Source: Klebsiella pneumoniae | Lineage (GTDB): Bacteria; Pseudomonadota; Gammaproteobacteria; Ga0077536 | Direction of reading: 5' to 3' | Length of the DNA stretch: 64,000 nucleotides | NCBI GenBank assembly: GCA_945876945.1 | Contig: CAMCQE010000001.1 | Location: 18,566 to 82,565, forward strand | Shown: positions 47,728 to 59,017 of the stretch, one piece after another | Layout of the letters: the number at the start of each line of letters is the position of its first letter | Position numbering within the stretch: position 1 is the first letter of the stretch | Translations under genes and position numbers: made by a program | Notes under the pieces: model-generated | Databases searched by the model: none | Told to the model about the DNA's origin: nothing | What the model saw: the letters and a program-made list of their open reading frames with translations, nothing else

Positions 47728-47995
47728 CTAGTTGTTGTTTTCCTGATCGCCGCAGACCACGCAGACAAAAAATGTCGACGCCGCGATGAAACGAGTTCAT
47801 CGCGAAAGAAGGTGTGCGGAGAAAACAGACCGGTCGGGATCCGTGGGCGCGGATCGTTTTTTCGAGAGTAGCCGGGCCGGCGGCGACTACTTCGCTAATG
47901 TGAGCCGATGATAGCCACAAAGGCGGGTGATCGAAAGGCAGAAAGTTCCATTTAGGTTCTGTGTGGACAACACGCGCCGCGGGCGGGCAAGTTCT

Positions 47996-48841
47996 TTACA
48001 GAAAGGTGAATTCAAAACCTTCGGCGTGCTCACTGAGCCCGGCGATTTCCAGCACGATGTGGATGCTGCGCCCCGGCGGCATGCCGCTCGCAAGGTCGAA
48101 AGACTCGTCCAGGTATTCGCCCGGCTTGAAGCGCCGAATCCCGATGAGCGTTCCAGTGTGGTCGAATATGCCGAGCTGTAGCACCGGAAACGGAGCAGGT
48201 TGGGGTTCGCGATTGATCAGGCTGGCGTTGACCAGCAGGGCGTTCTGGTACTGCGGATGTTCCCGCACGTCACGGGCCTGCAGCTCGATCGTCGGCGGCG
48301 GCGCTGGAGGATGGGCGCGACAGCCCGCGAAGGCGCAGGCTTGCTCCAACCAAGGGGTGGCGACCGGAAAGCGCTCCAGCAACAGCGCGCGCGAAGCCCA
48401 CGCGATTTGGGCGCCGAACACGCACAGCAGCAGCGCGGCAAAGCGCGCCCAGCGCCGATCCCAGCGCTGCTTGCGCCGCAAGCCCGCGCGTTGCTTGCGC
48501 CGGGCGACGTCATCGCGAAGGCCCAGCGGAACCTCACTGGTGGGCAGTTCTTCGATGTCGCGTACCAGCTGCGGGTCAATAGTCGGTTGCACGCCCTCCA
48601 GCACCTCGGTCTCCGGCACCGGATGCATTAGCACGCGCGGCAGGTCGGATTCGGGCGCCAGCGTTTTGAGGCTGGCTGGCGGTGGTTCGTCGGCAAGTCG
48701 CTCGAGGCTGTAGAAAACCTTGGCGCATTCCCCGCATTCCACAAACCCGCGCGCGACCGCCAGCAAGCTCGCGTTGAGACGAAACACCGTCCCGCAGTGC
48801 GGGCACTGGGTCAGCAGCGCGGCGTGTCCGGCGTAAGTCAT
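47996..48841 (-). CDS. Zinc-ribbon (MJ0042-type) + DUF3426 protein
   Basis: CPHCGTVF…CGEC zinc ribbon, central TM helix, C-terminal DUF3426-like domain. ATGA overlap with prmA stop. Confidence 0.55.
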   Translation of the reverse strand: MTYAGHAALLTQCPHCGTVFRLNASLLAVARGFVECGECAKVFYSLERLADEPPPASLKTLAPESDLPRVLMHPVPETEVLEGVQPTIDPQLVRDIEELPTSEVPLGLRDDVARRKQRAGLRRKQRWDRRWARFAALLLCVFGAQIAWASRALLLERFPVATPWLEQACAFAGCRAHPPAPPPTIELQARDVREHPQYQNALLVNASLINREPQPAPFPVLQLGIFDHTGTLIGIRRFKPGEYLDESFDLASGMPPGRSIHIVLEIAGLSEHAEGFEFTFL

Positions 48842-49725
48842 GGGCGACGCCGACCGCCGACAAACGCCCATTCTTCGCGATATTCGGGCGGATTGAGGTC
48901 GAACCACGGCGCGTAAGCGGCCAGCGCAAACTCGGCTTGCTCGGCCAGCAAACCGGATAGCCCAATTTGCCCACCCGGCTTCACCAAATCGGCCAACTGC
49001 GATGCCAACGCAAGCAAGGGGTTGAGCAGGATATTGGCCACCAACACATCAAACTGTCCGGCCGGCAGCGCGGCCGGCAGCACCATCTCGATAAATTCAC
49101 AGCCGTTCTGCTGCGCGTTCTCGCGCGCCACCCGGCAGGCCTCGGGGTCGATGTCGAGACCAATCACCCGCGTAGCGCCCAAACGGGCGGCGGCGATCGC
49201 GAGAATGCCGGAGCCGCAGCCATAGTCGAGCACGTTGGCGCCGGCCAATTCGGGGAGTTGCCCCAACCAGTCCAGACACAGCCCGGTCGTGGGATGCGTG
49301 CCGGTTCCGAACGCCATGCCGGGATCGAGCGTAATGATGTGGCGCGCCTCCGCCGGTGGCTCATGCCAGGTGGGGACAACCCACAAATCGCCGGCAAAAC
49401 GGCGGGGCGAAAACTGCTGGCGGAAATTCTGTTGCCAGTCGCGCTCGGCCAGCACTTCGTAGTGCGCGCCGGCCACCGGATGGGCATCGGCCGCGAGTGC
49501 GGCGAGCACCGCCAGCGGGTCGGTGCTCACCTCAAAGAGCGCTTCGATTTCGCAATTCGCCCACAGCGCCGGTTCTGGCTCGCCGGGCGTCTGGAAGCGC
49601 GGCGTGGTGTCGTCGCGCGCGCTGACCGAAACCGACAGCGCGCCCTGATCCAGCAAGGCGTCTTCCAGCGGCTCGACCTCGTGGTCTGCCGCCGGCAAGC
49701 GAAGCTTGAGCCAGGCCTCGCTCAA
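48838..49725 (-). CDS. prmA: Ribosomal protein L11 methyltransferase
   Basis: [18 protein letters not shown] motif, PrmA length and context upstream of accBC. Confidence 0.9.
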   Translation of the reverse strand: MSEAWLKLRLPAADHEVEPLEDALLDQGALSVSVSARDDTTPRFQTPGEPEPALWANCEIEALFEVSTDPLAVLAALAADAHPVAGAHYEVLAERDWQQNFRQQFSPRRFAGDLWVVPTWHEPPAEARHIITLDPGMAFGTGTHPTTGLCLDWLGQLPELAGANVLDYGCGSGILAIAAARLGATRVIGLDIDPEACRVARENAQQNGCEFIEMVLPAALPAGQFDVLVANILLNPLLALASQLADLVKPGGQIGLSGLLAEQAEFALAAYAPWFDLNPPEYREEWAFVGGRRRP

Positions 49726-51065
49726 TCGAGCGCGAGCTTCCGCTCAAGATAGTGAATATCGGTGCCGCCGGCCGCAAAGGCGGCGTCACGCACGAGATCC
49801 CTATGGAGCGGAATGTTGGTGAGAATGCCGTCCACCACGACTTCGTCCAGCGCGGTCGTCATGCGGGCCAGCGCCACCGCGCGGGTCTCACCGTGGACGA
49901 TAAGTTTGGCCACCAGCGAGTCGTAGTACGGGGGTACGACATAACCGTCGTAGAGATGGGAATCCATCCGCACGCCCGGGCCACCCGGCACATGAAAGAC
50001 ATTCACGCGGCCGGGCGAAGGGCGGAAGGTTTTGGGGTCTTCGGCGTTGATGCGGCACTCAATCGAATGCCCGCGCATGATCACGTCTTCCTGACGGATC
50101 GACAGCCGCTGTCCGTCGGCGATGAGCAGCTGCTCTTTCACAATGTCGAAGCCCGTCACCATTTCGGTCACCGGGTGTTCGACCTGCACGCGCGTGTTCA
50201 TTTCGATGAAGTAGAACTCACCGTTCTCGTACAGAAATTCGAACGTGCCGGCGCCGCGATAGTTGATGGTTTTGCAGGCTTCCACACAGCGCCGGCCCAT
50301 CATGTCGCGAATCTCCTGGCTGATGCCGGGCGCTGGCGATTCTTCCATGACTTTCTGATGGCGGCGCTGCATGGAGCAATCGCGCTCGCCGAGATACACG
50401 CAGTTGCCGTGGCCGTCGGCGATGACCTGAAACTCGATATGGCGCGGATGTTCCAGAAACTTCTCCATGTACACGGCGTCGTTCTGGAAGGCGGCCAGGG
50501 CTTCGGTTTTGGTCAGCTGGATGGCCGCTTTGAGCGCGGCCTCGGCGTGCACCACGCGCATCCCACGCCCACCGCCGCCGCCGGACGCCTTGATGATCAC
50601 CGGATAGCCGATGTCGCGTGCGATGCGGACGTTCTCGGTCATGTCGTCGGTCAGCGGCTTGCCGGAGCCTGGCACACAGGGAATCCCGGCGTTGCGCATG
50701 GCGCGAATGGCGGAAATCTTGTCGCCCATCAGTCGAATGGTCTCGGCGCGCGGCCCGATGAAAATGAAACCGCTCTGCTCCACCCGCTCGGCGAAGTCAG
50801 CGTTCTCGGACAGAAACCCGTAGCCCGGATGGATGGCGACCGCGTCGGTGACTTCAGCCGCGCTGATTACCGCCGGGATGTTGAGATACGAATGAGCCGG
50901 CTGCGGCGGGCCGATGCAAACCGACTCGTCCGCCAGACGGACATGCTTGAGATCGCGGTCGGCGGTGGAATGCACCGCCACCGTTCTGATCCCGAGCTCC
51001 CGGCAGGCCCGGAGCACCCGCAGGGCAATCTCGCCGCGATTCGCGATGACAACTTTGGAAAGCAT
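49722..51065 (-). CDS. accC: Acetyl-CoA carboxylase biotin carboxylase subunit
   Basis: [18 protein letters not shown]-terminus and ATP-grasp. 447 aa. Confidence 0.95.
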   Translation of the reverse strand: MLSKVVIANRGEIALRVLRACRELGIRTVAVHSTADRDLKHVRLADESVCIGPPQPAHSYLNIPAVISAAEVTDAVAIHPGYGFLSENADFAERVEQSGFIFIGPRAETIRLMGDKISAIRAMRNAGIPCVPGSGKPLTDDMTENVRIARDIGYPVIIKASGGGGGRGMRVVHAEAALKAAIQLTKTEALAAFQNDAVYMEKFLEHPRHIEFQVIADGHGNCVYLGERDCSMQRRHQKVMEESPAPGISQEIRDMMGRRCVEACKTINYRGAGTFEFLYENGEFYFIEMNTRVQVEHPVTEMVTGFDIVKEQLLIADGQRLSIRQEDVIMRGHSIECRINAEDPKTFRPSPGRVNVFHVPGGPGVRMDSHLYDGYVVPPYYDSLVAKLIVHGETRAVALARMTTALDEVVVDGILTNIPLHRDLVRDAAFAAGGTDIHYLERKLALD

Positions 51066-51074
51066 GCGCGCGGC

Positions 51075-51524
51075 CTAATTAATGATGAACAGCGGCTGCT
51101 CGAACTCCACCGGGTGGCCGTTCTCCACCAGGATGGCGACGATCGTGCCGGCGCGGTCCGCTTCAATGGGATTCATGATTTTCATCGCCTCGATGATGCA
51201 TAGCGTGTCGCCTACCTTCACCGACTGACCCACTTTGACGAAAACCGGCGCGTCCGGCGCCGGCGAGGAGTACAAGGTACCGACCATCGGCGAACTGACC
51301 ACGTGGCCTTCCGGCTTGGCCGGCGCTGCGGCCGCGGCCGCCGTCGGCGCGGGCGCGCTGGCCGGGATCGGGGGCGGAGCGCTCGCATGCACCACGGGCG
51401 CCATGCTCATGCCGGTGGGCATGCGACTGATGCGAACCGACTCCTCGCCTTCCTTGATTTCAATTTCGGCGACGCCGGTTTCTTCCAGAAGTTCGATGAG
51501 TTTTTTAACTTTTCGGATATCCAT
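51075..51524 (-). CDS. accB: Biotin carboxyl carrier protein
   Basis: EAMKIM biotinylation motif, Ala/Pro linker. Confidence 0.9.
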   Translation of the reverse strand: MDIRKVKKLIELLEETGVAEIEIKEGEESVRISRMPTGMSMAPVVHASAPPPIPASAPAPTAAAAAAPAKPEGHVVSSPMVGTLYSSPAPDAPVFVKVGQSVKVGDTLCIIEAMKIMNPIEADRAGTIVAILVENGHPVEFEQPLFIIN

Positions 51525-51547
51525 GCAGTTTCTCGCTGTGTTTTCGC

Positions 51548-51997
51548 TTAAGCCGCCCGCGCGCGCAGAAACTGCGCGGCGGCGGTAATCGCAAATTCAT
51601 AACCCTGCGCCCCAAGGCCGGTAATGACCCCGCGCGCAATGTCGGAAAGATAGGAGTGCTGGCGGAAAGCTTCCCGTGCATGCACGTTGGAAATATGAAC
51701 TTCAATAAAAGGGATCGAGACCCCTAACAGGGCATCGCGGAGCGCGATGCTGGTGTGCGTCCAAGCGCCCGGATTGATGATGATGAATCCAGTGCCATCG
51801 TGCTTCGCCGCGTGGATGCGATCGATCAGCGAATGTTCGGCGTTGGTCTGGAAGCCGCTGAGCGGATAGCCCAGCGCCTGCGCATGGGCCGCGGCCTGCT
51901 GCTCAATATCGGCCAGCGTGAGTCGCCCATAGGTTTCGGGCTCGCGGGTGCCGAGCAGATTCAGGTTGGGTCCGTTTAACAGCAGGATGGCGGTCAT
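51548..51997 (-). CDS. aroQ: Type II 3-dehydroquinate dehydratase
   Basis: [17 protein letters not shown] motif. Start at MTAIL. Confidence 0.9.
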   Translation of the reverse strand: MTAILLLNGPNLNLLGTREPETYGRLTLADIEQQAAAHAQALGYPLSGFQTNAEHSLIDRIHAAKHDGTGFIIINPGAWTHTSIALRDALLGVSIPFIEVHISNVHAREAFRQHSYLSDIARGVITGLGAQGYEFAITAAAQFLRARAA

Positions 51998-52139
51998 GGA
52001 TTCCCGGTCGCACAAATGTCAGTGGAAGGCCTGCTCCCGGACGGTTTCAGCGGCGCGCCAGAGCGCACGGAAAGTAGCACACACGGCCGGCGCTCGCGAG
52101 CAGGTTCGGCGGTGATGTGCCACGTTCAGCGCTATTCGT

Positions 52140-52664
52140 TCAATGTGCGAGCAAATCCGCCAACACTCGCGCCGATTCCTCAGGCGACCATTCCCCCTGC
52201 TGCGTATGGCGTAAGCGGCCGTTGCGGTCGAATACCAGCGTGAACGGCAAGGCACCGATGGTGTTGCCTTGCGCTTGCATGTAGCGGGCGACGTCTTCCT
52301 CACCGGCGAGGATGGGGTAGTTGATGTCGCGGCCGGCAATAAAACTGGCCACCGCCTCGCGGTCATCCAGCGCCACCCCGACGAACTGCAAACCCTGCGC
52401 GCCATAACGCTTCTGAAGTTCAACGAAGCTGGGAATTTCCTTCAGACAGGGCGGACACCACGTCGCCCAGAAATTCACCACCAGCACCTTGCCGCGCCAC
52501 TCGCTGAGGGCGTGGGCCTGACCCTGCAGGTCGGAAAAGGTCACGGTGAGCGGGTCGCTGGCGGCAGCCGTCGGCGGCGGCGCTGGCGGACTCAGATGAC
52601 GAAATGCAAGACCGCTCCCTACCGCCACCAACGCGACCAGTCCAATCAGGACGTTGCGGTTCAT
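52140..52664 (-). CDS. TlpA/ResA-like periplasmic thiol-disulfide oxidoreductase
   Basis: Signal/anchor, WATWCPPC active site. ATGA overlap with dsbD stop. Confidence 0.8.
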   Translation of the reverse strand: MNRNVLIGLVALVAVGSGLAFRHLSPPAPPPTAAASDPLTVTFSDLQGQAHALSEWRGKVLVVNFWATWCPPCLKEIPSFVELQKRYGAQGLQFVGVALDDREAVASFIAGRDINYPILAGEEDVARYMQAQGNTIGALPFTLVFDRNGRLRHTQQGEWSPEESARVLADLLAH

Positions 52665-54502
52665 GGCGCGCCCAGAGCGGCCAGCCGCGCCAGAAACTCG
52701 GCCGGACCGGCGAAGCCGATCAGCCGCTGGTCGCGCCGTTCCTGACCCGCCGGGTCATACAGCAGGACGGCCGGTGGGCCGAACAGTGAGAGGCCCGCCA
52801 TGAGCGCCCGATCGGTCTCATCGTCAGCGGTGACGTCGGCGCGGAGCAGGGTGAATCCGGCGAGGCGCTGAGCAACCCGCGGGTCGGCAAAAGTCTCGCG
52901 TTCAAGCCGTTTGCACTCCACACACCAGTCGGCATAAAAATCGAGCAACACCGGCTGGCCAGCCGCCGACGCCTGTTGGATGGCGGCCTCAAGCGCCGCC
53001 GCGCTTTTCACGGTCGTGAATGCTTGCTTACGCTCAAGACTTTGGTTTTCCGAAGCAGAGGTAAACGGCGCGAGCGGCTTGAGGAGGTCGTCGGCACCAG
53101 CCGCGGCGCCCACAATCAACACGCCGCCATAGGTCACCAGCGCCAGACCCAGCCCTTTCCAGAGCCGCTGCCAGCCGGAAGCCAGCTCCGGCAGAGGCTC
53201 CAGCGCCCGCAGAAAAATGCCGGTGCCGATCAGCAATAGCGACCACAGCGCGAGCGTCAGCGTTGGCGGTAGCACGCGCCCGAGAAACCAGATGGCCATC
53301 CCGAGCGAGACCACGCCGAACACGTGCTGCACGCGCTCGAGCCAGGCCCCGGCGCGGGGCAGAAAATGGCCGGCCGAGGCGCCGACGATGAGCAAGGGCA
53401 CCCCCATGCCAAGGCCGAGCGCAAACAGCGCCACACCGCCCACCACCGGACTGCCTTCATGGGCGAGGTACAGCAGGGCGCCGGCCAGCGGCGGCGCCAC
53501 ACAGGGGCCAACAATCACCGCCGACAGCACGCCCATTAGCGCCACCCCGGCCAGACTGCCGCCGCGGGTTCCCTGGTGCGAACTCTCCAGCCGCTGGCGC
53601 AAGGCCTGTGGCAATTGCAGATGGAAGAAGCCGAACATCGACAAGGCCAGCGCCACAAACAGCGCGCTGAACGCGACCAGCACCACCGGGTGCTGAAACG
53701 CCGCCTGCACGTTGCGGCCAAACAGCCCCGCCGTCAGCCCAACGGCGGCATAGGTCGCCGCCATCGCCAGCACGTAGATACTGGAGAGCAGCAGTCCGCG
53801 CCCGGCCCCGGCCGGCCCGCGCTCGCCCACCACGATGCTGGACAGGATCGGCACCATCGGAAATACGCAGGGGGTCAGCGCCAGCAACAGGCCAAAGCCG
53901 AAGAAGGTGGCGGCGATCACCGGCAAGCCACTGTTGGCGAGCAGCGTGCTCAAGCGGTCGGCGTCGAGGGATTCCGCGGCTCGACCGCCGGGCGGCTCGA
54001 CCGCCGGGGGTGCCGGCGCCGCGCTCACGGCAACCACGGGTAAGGACAGCGTCTGGTGTATCGGCGGGTAGCAGATGCCGTCTTCCGCGCAACCCTGATA
54101 GGTGATTTTGAGCTGGATCTTGCTCGCGCCAGCGGCGGGGATCACCGGCAGCGCCAATTTCAATTCATGTTTGTAGATGGCGACCCGACCGAACGCTTCG
54201 TCCTGTTTCTCTTCTGCCGGCGGGAACTGCGGCTTGCCGATGACCGCGCTGCCATCGGGGGACTCGAACTTCAGCTTGTCGCGATACAGGTAGTAACCCT
54301 CGGCCACCGTCCAGACCAACGGCAAGCGCTGCTGCTCGTAGGTCTCGTGGCTAAAGACGAAAGCCTGCTCTGGCGGCAGGAAGTCCTGCTGTTTCGCCGC
54401 GCCGCCGAGTTGGTCCAGCTTGTCGAGCAAGCCGGCGGAGGCCGCCACCGTGAACAACAGCCCACAGAGCAGCAGTTTCAGGCCAGCGAATCGTTTATCC
54501 AT
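52661..54502 (-). CDS. dsbD: Thiol:disulfide interchange protein DsbD
   Basis: Signal peptide. N-terminal alpha domain, central 8-TM beta domain with CVF..., C-terminal thioredoxin WCVEC. Confidence 0.9.
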   Translation of the reverse strand: MDKRFAGLKLLLCGLLFTVAASAGLLDKLDQLGGAAKQQDFLPPEQAFVFSHETYEQQRLPLVWTVAEGYYLYRDKLKFESPDGSAVIGKPQFPPAEEKQDEAFGRVAIYKHELKLALPVIPAAGASKIQLKITYQGCAEDGICYPPIHQTLSLPVVAVSAAPAPPAVEPPGGRAAESLDADRLSTLLANSGLPVIAATFFGFGLLLALTPCVFPMVPILSSIVVGERGPAGAGRGLLLSSIYVLAMAATYAAVGLTAGLFGRNVQAAFQHPVVLVAFSALFVALALSMFGFFHLQLPQALRQRLESSHQGTRGGSLAGVALMGVLSAVIVGPCVAPPLAGALLYLAHEGSPVVGGVALFALGLGMGVPLLIVGASAGHFLPRAGAWLERVQHVFGVVSLGMAIWFLGRVLPPTLTLALWSLLLIGTGIFLRALEPLPELASGWQRLWKGLGLALVTYGGVLIVGAAAGADDLLKPLAPFTSASENQSLERKQAFTTVKSAAALEAAIQQASAAGQPVLLDFYADWCVECKRLERETFADPRVAQRLAGFTLLRADVTADDETDRALMAGLSLFGPPAVLLYDPAGQERRDQRLIGFAGPAEFLARLAALGAP

Positions 54503-54795
54503 TGGAGGTACGCATGTGATCCAGTGTTGAGGGAGACCGCCACGATCTCGGGGAGTTCATAAGGGTGGGCGGCGCGCAGGGTGGCTTCGAGCTGCGGATA
54601 GTGGTGCCGGTTAGTTTTGATCCACAGCATGACCTCGGTGGCCTTCTCTACCGCGCCTTGCCAGCGATACACAGAAGTAAGCCCGGGCAGGATATTCACG
54701 CAGGCCGCGAGCCGCTCGTTCACCACCAGCTCGGCAAGCCGGTGGGCGACATCCTCCGTGGGACAGGCGCAAAAACATAAGAGCACATCGCTCAT
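54478..54795 (-). CDS. cutA: Divalent-cation tolerance protein CutA
   Basis: 105-aa CutA1 fold sequence. Classic cutA-dsbD pairing (25-nt overlap). Confidence 0.85.
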   Translation of the reverse strand: MSDVLLCFCACPTEDVAHRLAELVVNERLAACVNILPGLTSVYRWQGAVEKATEVMLWIKTNRHHYPQLEATLRAAHPYELPEIVAVSLNTGSHAYLQWINDSLA

Positions 54796-54855
54796 TCAAA
54801 TGCCCCCGCCATCAGGATGGTGCGGTGATGGTACGCAGACCCGACGCGCGTCGGC

Positions 54856-56007
54856 TCACAGCACCGCGAGCTTGGCGGCGGCCTGGCGCAGGGTGTCGTC
54901 GTTCTTGCAGAAGCAGAAGCGCACATAGCGCGCTTCCGGCGGCTGCTCGTAGAAGACCGACACCGGAATCGCCGCCACCCCCACGCTGCGGGTAAGCCAA
55001 GCCACAAACTCGCGATCGGGCAGGTCCGAGATGGCGCTGTAGTCGGCCAACTGGAAGTAGGTGCCCGCCGAGGGCAGCGTGCGGAAACGCGAGCCCGCAA
55101 TCGCCGCCACGAAGAGGTCCCGTTTGTGTTGATAGAACGCCGGCAAGGTTTGCAGGTGCTCGGGGTGGGCGCGCATGAATTCGGCCAAGCCCCACTGAAT
55201 GGGCGTAATCCCGACAAAAGTCACGAACTGATGCACGCGCCGCAACTCAGCCGTGAGCGCCGGCGGCGCCACGCAGTAGCCGGTTTTCCAGCCGGTGACG
55301 TGGTAGGTCTTGCCGAACGACGAAATGGCAAACGAACGCGCGGCCAAGGCCGGATAGCGCAGCACGCTCTCGTGCTGGCGGCCGTCAAAAATGAGGTGCT
55401 CGTAGACTTCGTCCGCGCAGACCACCAGATCGTGCCGCTCGGCCAGCGCCTCCAGCGTGCGCAGGTCCTCGGCTTCCATCACGGTGCCAGTGGGGTTGTG
55501 GGGTGAATTCACCATGATCATGCGGGTGCGCGGCGTGATGGCATCGGTCACCCGCTGCCAGTCGATGCGATAGCCCGGGGGCAACAGCGGCAAACGCACC
55601 GGCACGCCGCCGGCCAGCGTGACGGCCGGCTCGTAGCAGTCATAGGCCGGGTCGAACATGATCACTTCATCGCCCGGCCGCACGACGGCAGTCACCGCGC
55701 AGTAGATGGCTTCGGTCGCGCCGGGAGTAATGGTGACTTCCGTCTCGGGCGAAACCTTGGCGCCGTAGCAGGTCAGCACTTTGTCAGCGACGGCTTCGCG
55801 CAGCGGCAGAATGCCGGCCATCGGCGGGTATTGATTGAAGCCGCGATCGATGTGCTGCTTCACCGCTTCCTTGAGCGCGGGCGGGCCGTCGTAGTCCGGA
55901 AAGCCCTGCGAGAGATTGATCGCGCCACATTCGGCGGCCATCTGCGACATCACGGTAAAAATGGTGGTGCCGACGTGCGGCAGTTTGCTGGCGAGCGGGC
56001 GTTTCAT
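54856..56007 (-). CDS. PLP-dependent class I aminotransferase (YbdL-like methionine aminotransferase)
   Basis: SSFGKTYHVTGWKTGY lysine motif, NSPHNPTG. Start at MKRPL. Confidence 0.8.
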   Translation of the reverse strand: MKRPLASKLPHVGTTIFTVMSQMAAECGAINLSQGFPDYDGPPALKEAVKQHIDRGFNQYPPMAGILPLREAVADKVLTCYGAKVSPETEVTITPGATEAIYCAVTAVVRPGDEVIMFDPAYDCYEPAVTLAGGVPVRLPLLPPGYRIDWQRVTDAITPRTRMIMVNSPHNPTGTVMEAEDLRTLEALAERHDLVVCADEVYEHLIFDGRQHESVLRYPALAARSFAISSFGKTYHVTGWKTGYCVAPPALTAELRRVHQFVTFVGITPIQWGLAEFMRAHPEHLQTLPAFYQHKRDLFVAAIAGSRFRTLPSAGTYFQLADYSAISDLPDREFVAWLTRSVGVAAIPVSVFYEQPPEARYVRFCFCKNDDTLRQAAAKLAVL

Positions 56008-56106
56008 GTCGGCATTATGGTTCAGGCGCCCCGCGGGCAGAAGCCAGCGCAAGTGCGATGCGCCCCTCGCCCCTTATAGTGGCAAGGCTTTCAAGCGGAG
56101 ACCCTT

Positions 56107-58992
56107 GTGTTGGAAACCTCGTCGTGGACCGATGCGCTGTGCGCACTGCCAGCACCATTGCAGGCGCCGACCGAGCGTTTGCTTGAGCGATTTCAGGCCG
56201 CCTGCGCGCTCACTGGCGCGGCACCACGGGTCTCGTCACTGCCACAAGTCTTCGCCCTCAGCCCGTTTTGTGCCGAAGTCGCGATTGCCCAGCCTGCGCA
56301 ATGGCTCGCCACCCTGGCGATGCCGGGCGAGACGCGGGAACCTGCCGCCTATGCCGAGCGCTGTGCCGCGCTCTTCACTGAGGCGGCAGATGAAACGAGC
56401 TTGCGCGCAACGATGCGCCAGTTCCGCAATCTCGAACTGGCCGCCATCACCTATCGCGACCTGCTGGGCGAGGTGTCCCTGGACACCGTGCTGGCCGAAC
56501 TCTCAGCGCTGGCCGACGCGCTGGTGGATGCGGCCGCCGCGTGGATTCATCAGGACCTGCGCGCGCGCTTTGGCAGCCCGCTCGCCGCCGACGGCACGCC
56601 GCTGTCGCTGGTCATCGTGGCAATGGGCAAGCTGGGCGGGCGCGAACTCAATTTTTCTTCGGACATTGACCTTGTGTTCTGCTTTCGCGCCGGCGGCGAG
56701 ACCGCAGGCGGCGAACGCAGCCTCTCGCATCAGGAGTTTTTCGATCGGCTGGGCAAACGGCTGATCGCGTTCTTGAACGACGTCACGCCGGACGGTTTTG
56801 TGTACCGCGTAGACATGCGGCTGCGGCCCTTTGGCGAAAGCGGCGCGCTGACCGCGAGCCTTGCGGCGCTCGAGCAGTACTACCAGCTGCACGGGCGCGA
56901 CTGGGAACGCTACGCGCTGATCAAGGCGCGGGTGATTCACGGCAGCACTGAGGACATCGCCGCGCTGGCGGAGATCTGGCGGCCGTTCATCTATCGTCGC
57001 TATCTCGACTTTGGCGCGATTGAATCCGTGCGCGAGATGAAAGCGATGATCGACGCCGAGGTCGCGCGGGACGGTGCGCTGACGCGCGACATCAAGCGGG
57101 GCGCGGGCGGGATCCGCGAAGTGGAATTCATCGGCCAGGCCCTGCAGCTGGTGCGCGGCGGTCGCGAGCCGGGACTGCGCATCTCACCCATCCAGCCCGT
57201 GCTCGAACGCTGCGCGAAACTCGGCTTGCTGACGCCGCAGGAAGCCCAGGCCCTCACGGCGGCTTATCGCTTTTTGCGCGTCACCGAGCATCGCTTGCAG
57301 CAGGTACACGATGCGCAAACCCAGACCCTGCCAGAAGACGCGCTGGCGCAGGCGCGTCTGGCCTGCGGCATGGGCTATGCCGACTGGGCGAGCTTTGAAG
57401 CCGTATTAAAGGCGCATCGAGGGGCCGTGCGGGAGTGCTTTGCAGGGCTGTTGATGCCTGCGCCCGCTGACCCCGAGGTGACGCGAGGCAGCCTCTGGTC
57501 TGCGCAGCTCTGGCGCGCGCCGGAAGCTTCGGCAGCGGCGACCGGGGCGCTGGCAGAAGCGGGCTTTGCCGATCCGGCGGCGGTGGCGAGCACGCTGGGG
57601 GATTTGCAGTCCGCGCGGTTTGTGGCGGGTCTCTCAAGCACCGGTCGCGACCGCCTGGACCGTCTGATGCCGCGCCTGCTGGCGAGTTGTGCCAACAGGC
57701 CCGACGGCGCGGTGGTGCTCGAACGGGTCGCCGCCCTGATCCGTGCCGTAGCGGGACGCTCGGTTTATCTCGCCTTGCTCGCCGACCATCGGCTCGCGCT
57801 GGAGCGACTGGTCGCGCTATTCGCGCAAAGTTCCTGGGCGGCGACCCAAATCGCGCGCTGGCCGATTTTGCTGGATGAATTACTCGACCAACGCCTGCTC
57901 GGCGCGCCGCCCGATGCGGCCGAACTGGACCTGCTCCTCGATAACGCACTTGCCAGCGTTGAGGCCGCTGACCTCGAACAAGTCATGGATGCCTTGCGGA
58001 CCTTCAAGCACCAACAGGTGCTGCGCGTCGCCGCCTGCGACCTGCTGGCGAACTATCCTATCGCGGAGGTCAGCAATCATTTGAGCTGGATCGCAGAGGC
58101 CTTGCTGAAGCGCGTGCTGACGCTCGCCTGGAGCGATCTGATTGCGCGTCACGGGCGCCCGCAAGTTACCCGCGACGGCCGCGTGCAGGCCGCCGGTTTT
58201 GCGGTGATTGCCTACGGCAAGCTCGGCGGACGGGAGCTCGGATACAGCTCGGATCTCGATCTGGTGTTCCTGCACGACGGCGGCGAGACAACGGCAGAAA
58301 CCAACGGCGCCCGCCCAATCGCCAATGAAGTGTTCTTCACGCGCCTCGCGCAGCGGGTTATCCATTTGCTCGGCACCCGAACGCCCGCGGGGTTTGCCTA
58401 TGAGCTCGACTTGCGCCTGCGGCCCAGCGGCTCGTCCGGACTGCTGATCACCACGATGAAAGCGTTTGCCGACTATCAGACAAAGTCGGCGTGGACCTGG
58501 GAGCATCAGGCGCTGCTGCGCGCGCGCGGGGTCGCCGGCAGTTTCGAGCTCATCGCAGGTTTCAACGCACTCCGCTGCGAGGTGCTGCGTCAACACCGCG
58601 AGCCTGCAAAACTCCGCCACGAAATTGTCGAAATGCGCGAACGCATGCGCGCCACGCTCGATCGTTCAAGCGCCCGCCAGTTCGATTTGAAGCAGGGCGT
58701 CGGCGGTATCACCGACATAGAATTTATGGTGCAATACGCCTGCCTCCGCTGGGCCCCGCTTCATCAAATACTTACGGCCTATACCGACAACTTGCGGCTG
58801 CTGGATCTCATTCGCGATCTGGCGCTGATGCCACGCGAAGACTGCCGCGTCCTGCACGACGCCTACTTCGCGTATCGCGCAGAAGTTCACCGTTGCGCCC
58901 TGCAGGAAGTGGATGGACTGGTCGACGACACGAGCCTCGTGACGCATCGATCGGCAGTCGCAGCGGTGTGGCAACGACTGATGTTCGAATGA
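56107..58992 (+). CDS. glnE: Bifunctional glutamine synthetase adenylyltransferase / adenylyl-removing enzyme
   Basis: Two nucleotidyltransferase domains (GKLGGRELNFSSDIDLVF and GKLGGRELGYSSDLDLVF). 961 aa. Confidence 0.9.
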   Translation: MLETSSWTDALCALPAPLQAPTERLLERFQAACALTGAAPRVSSLPQVFALSPFCAEVAIAQPAQWLATLAMPGETREPAAYAERCAALFTEAADETSLRATMRQFRNLELAAITYRDLLGEVSLDTVLAELSALADALVDAAAAWIHQDLRARFGSPLAADGTPLSLVIVAMGKLGGRELNFSSDIDLVFCFRAGGETAGGERSLSHQEFFDRLGKRLIAFLNDVTPDGFVYRVDMRLRPFGESGALTASLAALEQYYQLHGRDWERYALIKARVIHGSTEDIAALAEIWRPFIYRRYLDFGAIESVREMKAMIDAEVARDGALTRDIKRGAGGIREVEFIGQALQLVRGGREPGLRISPIQPVLERCAKLGLLTPQEAQALTAAYRFLRVTEHRLQQVHDAQTQTLPEDALAQARLACGMGYADWASFEAVLKAHRGAVRECFAGLLMPAPADPEVTRGSLWSAQLWRAPEASAAATGALAEAGFADPAAVASTLGDLQSARFVAGLSSTGRDRLDRLMPRLLASCANRPDGAVVLERVAALIRAVAGRSVYLALLADHRLALERLVALFAQSSWAATQIARWPILLDELLDQRLLGAPPDAAELDLLLDNALASVEAADLEQVMDALRTFKHQQVLRVAACDLLANYPIAEVSNHLSWIAEALLKRVLTLAWSDLIARHGRPQVTRDGRVQAAGFAVIAYGKLGGRELGYSSDLDLVFLHDGGETTAETNGARPIANEVFFTRLAQRVIHLLGTRTPAGFAYELDLRLRPSGSSGLLITTMKAFADYQTKSAWTWEHQALLRARGVAGSFELIAGFNALRCEVLRQHREPAKLRHEIVEMRERMRATLDRSSARQFDLKQGVGGITDIEFMVQYACLRWAPLHQILTAYTDNLRLLDLIRDLALMPREDCRVLHDAYFAYRAEVHRCALQEVDGLVDDTSLVTHRSAVAAVWQRLMFE

Positions 58993-59017
58993 AAACTCGA
59001 TTTCTGGGAGAGAGCTT

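Noticed and set aside
49752-51203. 483-aa plus-strand ORF across accC/accB
   Set aside because: Antisense shadow of the highly conserved accBC genes.
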